DNA of 64,000 nt from an uncultured Flavipsychrobacter sp. (GCA_964601855.1 CAZRPA010000001.1:23275-87274); one strand, 5' to 3'; positions 8,630 to 15,753 are shown, counted from the first letter of the stretch. The notes: generated by a model from the letters alone, not told the origin. Translations and numbers: made by a program.

Positions 8630-8716
8630 TGGTGCCCAGGACTGGATTCGAACCAGCACATCCTTGCGAACGCTGCGACCTGAACACAGTGCGTCTACCA
8701 ATTTCGCCACCTGGGC
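8630..8716 (-). tRNA. tRNA-Leu (anticodon CAG), CCA encoded
   Basis: The reverse complement folds by hand into a cloverleaf. Acceptor GCCCAGG/CCTGGGC, D-arm GCG-AAATTGGTAGA-CGC, anticodon stem CTGTG/CGCAG with loop TTCAGGT, a 15-nt long variable arm, T-arm GCTGG-TTCGAAT-CCAGT, discriminator A plus CCA. Total 87 nt. Confidence 0.93.
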
Positions 8717-8742
8717 AGTTATGATTTGTGTTTCAGGGAGTG

Positions 8743-8750
8743 CAAAGGTA
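8743..8750 (-). promoter_or_regulatory. Bacteroidota -7 promoter box for tRNA-Leu
   Basis: The minus strand reads TACCTTTG, a perfect TAnnTTTG, 27 nt upstream of the tRNA 5' end. Confidence 0.45.
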
Positions 8751-8862
8751 AATAAGTATTTCGAATCTGCGAAGTTTTTTTGTGGATTCAGTTCCTATAT
8801 GCTTAGTTGATTTTGGACAAGATTCATAAGCAGATGTAAAATTGCATGCAGTACATGAAGTA

Positions 8863-9384
8863 TTAATTTTTACCAACAAATTTCCAATCACTCAATGCCG
8901 CACTTACAATAACATAAGGCCACATTTCGTAAGAAGCTAATTTAGCCTTTACGGGAAGCACATTTGTGGTTATCCATTTGTTGTTCTGCATTACAAGTAT
9001 ATCTGTAGTGTATGTCAAATCATTTTCAAACGGATTCTCTACTTTTAGCAGCATCATTTCATGCTTTTTACCAGCCACTTTCTGAGTCAAGCTTATTGAC
9101 AATGTTTTGTCAGGATGAATATTCTTTTTCACGCTCCTTAACCTTTCAATTTTTCCGTATTTAATATCCACTTCCAGATATACTACTTCGCCTGGGTATA
9201 TTTGCAGTATGTTGGGTCCTTTCACATAAGGCGAGGCATCTATTTTCGACTCGTAGAAGTTTTCTTCATCTACAGCCAGTTGCAGTGTAAAAGGCTTTCT
9301 TTCATCCCATTCATTATCAATCTGAGCACTCGCCACAAAGCTATTTAATATACAAATCAGCATTGCTTTCAAAAATAATTTCAT
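8863..9384 (-). CDS. hypothetical exported protein
   Basis: ORF 8863-9408. ATG 9384 gives the signal peptide MKLFLKAMLICILNSFVASAQ. No family recognised. Confidence 0.55.
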   Translation of the reverse strand: MKLFLKAMLICILNSFVASAQIDNEWDERKPFTLQLAVDEENFYESKIDASPYVKGPNILQIYPGEVVYLEVDIKYGKIERLRSVKKNIHPDKTLSISLTQKVAGKKHEMMLLKVENPFENDLTYTTDILVMQNNKWITTNVLPVKAKLASYEMWPYVIVSAALSDWKFVGKN

Positions 9385-9482
9385 ATAATTGGATTTTACA
9401 TCATGCAATGTAGTAATTGTTTTCTTCTTACTTTTACTTTTCTTCCCAGACTCCCTATATCTATAAATGTAAACTCCTTTTT

Positions 9483-10523
9483 ATGAAAGAAATAATATTA
9501 TTACTTACTTTAACTATAGTTAGTGTCGGTTTTTATTCTTGCTCGAATGTGCCACAACCAGATAGTAAAGAATTAGATGGTCTTCGATTCGATTCTATAA
9601 CATTGATGTTTGATTCTTCAAATAAGTTGAATTATTCAGTTTTACCTCTATTCGATCAAACTGTTTTCGATACTATTACCACAAGAAGATTTTACGAACT
9701 TGCCGATAAAACAGGTGGTGAACTAAAAGTTTTAGTAAACAATAAATTGCTCGTAACTACTATTAAGAGCATTATAAAAAGTCATGTCGAAGAAAACACG
9801 GACCTTTTGTTTCTTATAGACAAAACAGGAAGTATGAGTGACGACATAGACGTTATTAGGTCTGGTATGATACCATTGATGAGCCAAATAAATAATATTG
9901 GTAATGTTCGTTTGGCAATAGCATTATATGGTGATAAAAACGTGGATGGCCCAGAATGGTTCACTTTTAAAGACTTTGGAAATAATTTTGACAATGCTAT
10001 CGATTTCATGGAATCAATATATGTTACAGGCGGCGGCGATTGGCCTGAGTCTGTCTATGATGCAGTATTTAAGGTAGATGAATATAAATTCTGGAGGTCA
10101 TCGGCAAAAAAAGTGATTGTATTGATAGGGGATGCTTGTCCACTTGAGAAGCCACTTAGTGACCATTCTATCAATGAAGTTATAGATAGGTCTGTAATTG
10201 ATGAAGTAGCAATGAATTTTTACCCCATTGTTGTTACTCCACTCGAACAAGGTTCTCCTGAACTATCTGCTGCTTACACTTATATCGAAGAAAAAATACT
10301 CAAAGATTTTCGTGTAGATGATTCTGGTATTTTCTTTTCATTTAATTCAGAAGATGAATACAAAATATTCGTTTATAACCAGTCAGGAAAGCCAGTATTG
10401 TACAAGAAGACTAAAGGCACGATCTTTACTGAGAACATCAGCAAGCTACCTAGAGGTAGTTACGTTTTTAGAGTGCTTCGAAGTGATAAAGTATATGAAA
10501 CTAGAAAATTCAGTATAAATTAG
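9483..10523 (+). CDS. von Willebrand factor A domain lipoprotein with probable T9SS C-terminal sorting domain
   Basis: ATG 9483 gives a lipoprotein signal (LLTLTIVSVGFYSC). vWA MIDAS-like DLLFLIDKTGSMSDD, then VTGGGDWPES and VIVLIGDA. The last ~70 aa (...YKIFVYNQSGKPVLYKK..LPRGSYVFRVLRSDKVYETRKFSIN) resemble a Por/T9SS CTD. Confidence 0.7.
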   Translation: MKEIILLLTLTIVSVGFYSCSNVPQPDSKELDGLRFDSITLMFDSSNKLNYSVLPLFDQTVFDTITTRRFYELADKTGGELKVLVNNKLLVTTIKSIIKSHVEENTDLLFLIDKTGSMSDDIDVIRSGMIPLMSQINNIGNVRLAIALYGDKNVDGPEWFTFKDFGNNFDNAIDFMESIYVTGGGDWPESVYDAVFKVDEYKFWRSSAKKVIVLIGDACPLEKPLSDHSINEVIDRSVIDEVAMNFYPIVVTPLEQGSPELSAAYTYIEEKILKDFRVDDSGIFFSFNSEDEYKIFVYNQSGKPVLYKKTKGTIFTENISKLPRGSYVFRVLRSDKVYETRKFSIN

Positions 10524-10624
10524 AATGTTCAGCTTGGAATAGGAATCATTCTAAATCACACTTACATCTCGTCATCCAATCTGGTCCATGCCCCTTTGGT
10601 TCAAGTGTCCACAGATAAATTTGG

Positions 10625-10675
10625 CGCGAGTGTTTTCCACTCGTGTCTAACTATCGGCAAGTCTTTTCGACTTGC
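10625..10675. terminator. two tandem hairpins with identical TTTTC loops between convergent genes
   Basis: Hairpin 1 spans 10625-10645 (CGCGAGTG-TTTTC-CACTCGTG, with one G.U pair). Hairpin 2 spans 10657-10675 (GCAAGTC-TTTTC-GACTTGC). No U-tract follows either. Confidence 0.35.
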
Positions 10676-10742
10676 GTAAAATCTATATCTCAAATTGTGG
10701 ATTCAGTTAACCTTTTCAGCCCAAGTCTATTAATAAACAACG

Positions 10743-11183
10743 CTAACTACGCCGGAAAATTTTTCTAATAAACACCTCTAATAGATTCGGTTTTGCACTC
10801 AATTCTGATGGATTCGATTTCACATTGAATATTGTAGTATTGTCTATGACATATTTTATCCGATAACCATACTCTCCATGTCTACCACCAGCCCAACTTA
10901 AATAGTAAAAGCGAACAGGTCTTTTACATCCGGGACAATAAAAATCCAAAAATGAATTAGTTTCAGTCCTTACCGTATCGTTTATTATATTTTCAATTTC
11001 CAATACATCTTCTTGTCTTAGATTCGTGAAATCTGAACGACTATGTTTAGAAAAGTTTCTAAAATTGAAAAATACCGATTCACCACAACCACATGTATAT
11101 TGTGCTTCAGGATATATTTCCCAATCATCAATGCCATTAAAATCAACTTTGTCAAGAATTGATTCTGCGAGATTAACTTTCAT
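10743..11183 (-). CDS. hypothetical protein with two Cys pairs (possible zinc ribbon)
   Basis: ORF 10743-11276, with the start trimmed to ATG 11183 (MKVNLAESIL...). YTCGCGES and YCPGCKRP are separated by ~50 aa. Confidence 0.5.
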   Translation of the reverse strand: MKVNLAESILDKVDFNGIDDWEIYPEAQYTCGCGESVFFNFRNFSKHSRSDFTNLRQEDVLEIENIINDTVRTETNSFLDFYCPGCKRPVRFYYLSWAGGRHGEYGYRIKYVIDNTTIFNVKSNPSELSAKPNLLEVFIRKIFRRS

Positions 11184-11391
11184 AACTCGAATGTAGGCGT
11201 TTATATAGAAACTGGTACTAAGATTTCTTAGCACGTTCCTCCTCTGTTTCAAGCAATCCCATTTGCGAAAACACAAATCCTACAAGGGCACAACAAATGA
11301 AATAAGTTCCGCTATTTTCTAATAGTATCTTAAGAATCTATCAATCTGTACATTTGTACCAGTGACGGGTGGTTAGTGACACCTACACCTC

Positions 11392-11745
11392 TTGTTATTG
11401 TTTGCAATCTCTGTACTATTGAAATCCAAAGTAAACATAAAGTTTGGGCTGTTAGCTTTTCTTACGCTTTTGCTCACAGCAGTCTTGTCTTTCATCAATT
11501 TATCTGAATTTGTAATAGTTGGGTTATTAAAAAACACAACTGGCTATCCTTTTGGTAGTGAAGGACCCGTGCCTTGGTATTACAAATCAGCGGAAGTTTA
11601 TGCCAACTTTAATTTAGTCACTGGAATGTTTTTTCTGCTAGCTTTTCTCGCATCTCTTTGGGCAGTGTCCAAGAGAAAAGAAGTAATTACATTGATTATT
11701 TTCCTAACCACCATTTTGTCTGCTCTTATCATGATATGTGTATAG
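11392..11745 (+). CDS. hypothetical membrane protein
   Basis: 117-aa ORF with three to four hydrophobic segments. Only a TTG start is available, so the coding status is uncertain. Confidence 0.35.
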   Translation: MLLFAISVLLKSKVNIKFGLLAFLTLLLTAVLSFINLSEFVIVGLLKNTTGYPFGSEGPVPWYYKSAEVYANFNLVTGMFFLLAFLASLWAVSKRKEVITLIIFLTTILSALIMICV

Positions 11746-11977
11746 TATATAGTTACTATTAAGGTCTGAGTATCTTTACCAAGCCCCCACTCATGCCCCC
11801 CAAGAAATTGTGGATAAAATAATTACTGCCACCACCACATTGGCTCGTTATTTGTGGCATAGGGTAGGGGGGCGGTGGTGTGGCGCACTAGCAAAAGTTA
11901 AGAACTAAGCAGATGGGATATTTTAAAACTTATTTTTTGTCACATGAATTCAATAAGTACTGGATTAATTCTAAAAC

Positions 11978-12361
11978 ATGGACAGAACAACAGCTATCAA
12001 TAACATAATAGATATCCCAATTAGATGTGCAAATGGCAATAAATCATTTGTAGCATTCTTGAAGGATAGTGGTTATCTCGAATTTTCCGATATTAATGTA
12101 AGTGAATTAATAAAAGCAATAAGTGTTAATGAAGAAATAGCGAATGACTGGTTTCAATGGTCAGCTGATAAAAGAGTCGATAAAGGTTGGTTCTTCATAG
12201 AAAATGCCGGTAAATATGCTGTAGGGTATAGTCCAGCAACTGAAGGTTATAGACAATTTATTTATGACGATAAGATCGAAGCCTGTGCTAATTTTATTTT
12301 AAAGGAAATTGAAAGTTGTGGCCTGTTTACCGGAAAAATGAATACCATTGATAATCAATGA
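11978..12361 (+). CDS. hypothetical protein
   Basis: 127-aa ORF with an ATG start. Its last ~11 codons and its stop lie inside repeat copy C1. Confidence 0.5.
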   Translation: MDRTTAINNIIDIPIRCANGNKSFVAFLKDSGYLEFSDINVSELIKAISVNEEIANDWFQWSADKRVDKGWFFIENAGKYAVGYSPATEGYRQFIYDDKIEACANFILKEIESCGLFTGKMNTIDNQ

Positions 12362-12410
12362 CTTACGTACCAAAACCCATGAAAACACCGGCAACAAACC
12401 GGCAAAACCG
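12327..12410 (+). repeat. 84-nt intergenic repeat, copy C1 (most divergent)
   Basis: taccggaaaaatgaataccaTTGATAATCAAtgacttacgtaccaaaacccatgaaaacACCGGCAAcaaACCGGCAA. The palindrome is at 12347-12357. It overlaps the stop codon of ORF 11978-12361. Confidence 0.85.
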
Positions 12411-12526
12411 GAAATTAACTGTAAACCCAATATGAAACAAAAACACCAACAAAGTAACACACATCATAAGAATCATAATAATCTGGTAAATCAGTGGTTC
12501 AGACTAATTCACTACCAGCAAATCCA

Positions 12527-12610
12527 CCCAATACCAGCAAAAGTGAACACCATTGATAATCAATCACTTATCTATCAAAACATAGGAAACAACCGGCAAC
12601 AAACCGGCAA
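12527..12610 (+). repeat. 84-nt intergenic repeat, copy C2
   Basis: cccaataccagcaaaagtgaacaccaTTGATAATCAAtcacttatctatcaaaacataggaaacaACCGGCAAcaaACCGGCAA. The palindrome is at 12553-12563. It is preceded by an extra 13-nt duplicate of the 5' arm (CACTACCAGCAAA, 12510-12522). Confidence 0.9.
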
Positions 12611-12698
12611 ATCATGCAAAGCAGTCATTTATTTCAGAGCAAGCAAACCTTATTGTTTTTTTACTTGTCTAGTTACTATACACCTAACAATTTTTCTT

Positions 12699-13658
12699 AT
12701 GAAATACCCATCCAGCTCACAGCTCGTATCTTGCCTGTCTATTTTGTTACTCACAGCTGGTTGTCAGCCCAACGATCCAGTAGGCCCCTCAGCAATTACT
12801 TGCCCCGTGCCCGCCGAAATCTATGCCTACAGAGCTACACACACCGAAACTACAGCCACTTACCCCTGTGTTTTCGGCAAAATCAACACTACTACGGGCA
12901 CCAGCACCAGCATGGCATCATTTGCCGGTAACGTACAATTCCGTCAAGCTGCCTTCCACATTACCGAAAACAATTATTATACCTTCAAATTTAATGATAC
13001 CACCCGCACACTGCTCAGCATATCTATGAGCGGAACGGTTACACCCCTGTCAAACGCAGCAGTAGGCAGCCGTTTCGATGGGCTGATATACAACAGGTTC
13101 AACAGTAAGTTGTATTGTTTTCGCACCTCTGCCGGTGTCAGCCATATAGCCGAGATTACTGTTTCTGGCACTACCTACACTACCACTGATGTAGCAACAA
13201 CCCTGCACCCTCAGATGTACGATAACGCCACCGTCGATCCAGCAACTGGTGCTATCTACTACCAAACCAAACCAGCCTCAGCTACCACCTACAACATAGA
13301 GAAGTACATCCCCGGCGGCTCAGTGACCACCATTTGCACAGCCATGCCGGTAGATGTTAGTGGCCTCAGGTACAACACCAACGACAATTTGTTGTATGCT
13401 ATTCGTCCCGGTATGACAGCCTATGAATTTGTGAAGATCAATAGTTCGGGTACTATTACCACATTGTCTACTCCTGTCGGGTACGTCGATACCAAGTTCT
13501 ATTCAGCATGTATAGACCCATGCACAGATCATTATATATTTTCTTGCAAAAGCCTCAATACAGCCACAGGTCACCTATACCATATATCCACTACAGGCGC
13601 AGTTATGCAACACGATTCCGCAGCCACCATGTACCAAGGCTTAAGTGTGAAGTATTAG
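12699..13658 (+). CDS. hypothetical lipoprotein
   Basis: ATG 12699 within ORF 12348-13658 gives the lipobox MKYPSSSQLVSCLSILLLTAGC. The protein is Thr/Ser/Tyr-rich and looks beta-rich. No family recognised. Confidence 0.65.
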   Translation: MKYPSSSQLVSCLSILLLTAGCQPNDPVGPSAITCPVPAEIYAYRATHTETTATYPCVFGKINTTTGTSTSMASFAGNVQFRQAAFHITENNYYTFKFNDTTRTLLSISMSGTVTPLSNAAVGSRFDGLIYNRFNSKLYCFRTSAGVSHIAEITVSGTTYTTTDVATTLHPQMYDNATVDPATGAIYYQTKPASATTYNIEKYIPGGSVTTICTAMPVDVSGLRYNTNDNLLYAIRPGMTAYEFVKINSSGTITTLSTPVGYVDTKFYSACIDPCTDHYIFSCKSLNTATGHLYHISTTGAVMQHDSAATMYQGLSVKY

Positions 13659-13687
13659 TATCGTGTTCTATATCACAGGAAAATCCT

Positions 13688-13771
13688 CCCACTACCAGTA
13701 AAAGTGAATAGTGTTGATAATCAATGAGTTATACCACAAAACACACGAAACAACCGGCAACAAACCGGCAA
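13688..13771 (+). repeat. 84-nt intergenic repeat, copy C3
   Basis: cccactaccagtaaaagtgaatagtgTTGATAATCAAtgagttataccacaaaacacacgaaacaACCGGCAAcaaACCGGCAA. The palindrome is at 13714-13724. It starts 29 nt after the stop of 12699-13658. Confidence 0.9.
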
Positions 13772-13918
13772 TTCCTGCAATCATACTATGTATTTCTAAA
13801 AGTATATTTGTCTCTGTACGCTACAATTTATTTTTATAGCTCACCAAGGTTCTACCCCAATATATACGTCTATATCTATAGAACACCTGTATTATTTGTA
13901 ACCTTATAATTGCTGTAT

Positions 13919-15517
13919 ATGAAACACCTGTACCTAATACTAATCCTTACAAGCATCCTAGCAAGCCCTTCCGCTTCAGCTCAAAGCTGGTTATGGGCCA
14001 CAAACTTTAGTATCGATGACGAAAGTGTCATACCCTCTATGGACAAAGATCCATCAGGCAATCATATATTAAGTTGTTTGGGTTTGATAGCCAAGTACGA
14101 TGCATCTGGTAACTTGTTATGGCGCAAAGATCCATCCACAGGGTTCAGAGCTCGGGTTACAGATGTCAGTACAGATACTGCTGGCAATATCATTATAGTA
14201 GGTATTTTTTCAGACACCCTCACATTCGATACCATAAGTGTAGTAGGTCCCGGACTCACTGATATTTTTGTGGTTAAGTATAATGGTGCTGGCAATGTGT
14301 TATGGGCTAAAGTTATTAGCACAGCCAGCCTCGATAATGTAGGTGCTGTAAGCACAGATAGGTCTGGCAATATATTTGTATCAGGTTATTTCACAGACAG
14401 TAGTATCACTATCGATACCACCACGCTCACCGGCACATCAGATGCCAGTACTTTTTTGGTCAAGTATTCCCCCTCTGGCAGTGTCATTTGGGGTAGGGTT
14501 TTAAGCTGTGCAGGTCCTTCACCATCTTACTGTAGGCCCAAAGCAATGGCTGTAGACAATAATGGCGATGTTGTTGTCACCGGCGATTATACAGGTACTT
14601 CTATGACCATTGGCACCACTACCTTAACCGCTACCACAGGCACTTATCTCGGCGATGTTTTTGTAGTAAAGTATAGCAATTCAGGCAACATACTATGGGC
14701 CAATGGTATCGCCAGCGATGATTATGACGCCGCCTTCGATATGGCTACAGACGGTGTAGGCAATAGTTATGTTATCGGGCATTTTCTGGGAAACAATCTC
14801 TATGCAGGGGCTTTTCACCTCACCAATACTTCTATGACCAATAAAAGTGATGTTTTTGTTGTAGCCTACGACCCATTAGGTAATGTGCGTTGGTTGAATC
14901 GGATTGGTACTCCTGGTGATAACGAAGGAAGAGCGATAGCTACAGATATTGCTGGTAATGTGTATGTATCAGCTTATTATGTCGATACATCTATTACATT
15001 TGGCAGCACTACATTGTACAATACCACTTTTGGGGTTACAGGTGTCAATGCGATTATAGCCAAATATAACACTTCAGGTGCCGAGCAGTGGGCAATAAAT
15101 GTAGGTGGCAATGTTGGGGATATTGTATCAGCCCTCGAAACCGATAATTCAGGAAATATTTATGCCTTCGGTATGACAGCAAGCAACACGCTTACGCTAG
15201 GTGCCACCACTTTAGTTAACACAGGCTCATTTTACGGCGACTTCTTTTTTGCCAAATTGAGCCAAACCACCTCTGTAAATGATGTAGTTGAAAACAAAAA
15301 ATCAGTTTTCCTATACCCCAATCCCGTATCAGATGTATTAACCATCTTATCCGAGGAGCCTATAGAAACTTTGTCCATAGTAGATGTCTGCGGTTGGCAA
15401 ATCGTGCATAGTGGTAATTATTCAAAACAAATCCGTATCAACACCAATAGCATCGCACCTGGGCTATACCACGTAGTTGTGAATAACAGTATTGTAAAAC
15501 AATTTACTAAAAGATAG
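13919..15517 (+). CDS. SBBP (beta-propeller) repeat protein with T9SS C-terminal sorting domain
   Basis: Signal peptide MKHLYLILILTSILASPSASAQ. Repeated D..GN(I/V)(Y/F)V(S/T)G(Y/F) units (GNIIIVGIF, GNIFVSGYF, GDVVVTGDY, GNSYVIGHF, GNVYVSAYY, GNIYAFGMT). C-terminus VFLYPNPVSDVLTI....APGLYHVVVNNSIVKQFTKR is a type-A T9SS CTD. Confidence 0.85.
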   Translation: MKHLYLILILTSILASPSASAQSWLWATNFSIDDESVIPSMDKDPSGNHILSCLGLIAKYDASGNLLWRKDPSTGFRARVTDVSTDTAGNIIIVGIFSDTLTFDTISVVGPGLTDIFVVKYNGAGNVLWAKVISTASLDNVGAVSTDRSGNIFVSGYFTDSSITIDTTTLTGTSDASTFLVKYSPSGSVIWGRVLSCAGPSPSYCRPKAMAVDNNGDVVVTGDYTGTSMTIGTTTLTATTGTYLGDVFVVKYSNSGNILWANGIASDDYDAAFDMATDGVGNSYVIGHFLGNNLYAGAFHLTNTSMTNKSDVFVVAYDPLGNVRWLNRIGTPGDNEGRAIATDIAGNVYVSAYYVDTSITFGSTTLYNTTFGVTGVNAIIAKYNTSGAEQWAINVGGNVGDIVSALETDNSGNIYAFGMTASNTLTLGATTLVNTGSFYGDFFFAKLSQTTSVNDVVENKKSVFLYPNPVSDVLTILSEEPIETLSIVDVCGWQIVHSGNYSKQIRINTNSIAPGLYHVVVNNSIVKQFTKR

Positions 15518-15563
15518 GACAATTACTGTTGGGGAAATACTTTAATGTATTGGTGTCGCCTCG

Positions 15564-15647
15564 CCCACTACCAGCAAAAGTGAATAGTATTGATAATCAA
15601 CCACTTACGTACCAAAACCCATGAAACAACCGGCAACAAACCGGCAA
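15564..15647 (+). repeat. 84-nt intergenic repeat, copy C4
   Basis: cccactaccagcaaaagtgaatagtaTTGATAATCAAccacttacgtaccaaaacccatgaaacaACCGGCAAcaaACCGGCAA. The palindrome is at 15590-15600. It starts 46 nt after the stop of 13919-15517. By hand alignment, 72 of 84 positions are identical to C3. Confidence 0.9.
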
Positions 15648-15745
15648 TCTGCATAAACACCTAACAATAATGATTACCTCAAAATAATCTTATCATTTCA
15701 AGCAACAACAGACTACTTATACCACCAACAAAGAATAATTATTGA

Positions 15746-15753
15746 TATTTTTG
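15746..15753 (+). promoter_or_regulatory. Bacteroidota -7 promoter box
   Basis: TATTTTTG matches TAnnTTTG and ends 17 nt before ATG 15771. Confidence 0.4.

Noticed and set aside
8780-10708. An exact 14-bp direct repeat TTGTGGATTCAGTT at 8780-8793 and 10695-10708. It brackets two genes next to tRNA-Leu and could represent att sites.
   Set aside because: About 2e9 position pairs in 64 kb set against 4^14 (about 2.7e8) predicts several exact 14-mer repeats by chance, and more in AT-rich DNA. The repeat is not derived from the tRNA, and no integrase is present.
11780-11890. A GC-rich patch in the AT-rich island (GCCCCCACTCATGCCCCCC ... GCCACCACCACA ... GGCGGTGGTGTGGCGC) with partial self-complementarity. 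It could be a possible sRNA or a tRNA remnant.
   Set aside because: Only 6-7-bp alternative pairings can be drawn and no consistent fold emerges. It does not fold as a tRNA, and I could not tie it to anything. It may merit a look only if RNA-seq shows a transcript.
12348-12698. The 117-codon N-terminal extension of ORF 12348-13658 given in the ORF track.
   Set aside because: It runs through repeat copies C1 and C2 and gives low-complexity Asn/Gln/His-rich sequence. A proper ATG with a lipoprotein signal (MKYPSS...LLTAGC) lies at 12699.
13724-13909. A 61-aa ORF in the spacer between the lipoprotein and SBBP genes.
   Set aside because: It starts inside repeat copy C3 and continues through AT-rich spacer (YYVFLKVYLSLYATIYFY...). 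Its N-terminal part is just the repeat read in one frame, with no supporting features.
12327-15647. Reading the four 84-nt repeats as an integron attC/cassette array or a CRISPR array.
   Set aside because: For attC, I find no RYYYAAC...GTTRRRY core pair and no long imperfect inverted symmetry between the element's ends. No integrase is present. For CRISPR, the spacing is irregular and kb-scale (116 nt, 1.1 kb, 1.8 kb), and the spacers are full genes.
15621-15656. Mini-ORFs inside the repeats: MKQPATNRQSA* in C4 and MKTPATNRQNRKLTVNPI* in C1 (12378-12434). These could be leader peptides.
   Set aside because: The ATG is lost in C2 (ATAGG) and in C3 (ACACG) while the downstream nucleotides stay identical. 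Conservation is therefore at the nucleotide level, not the peptide level.
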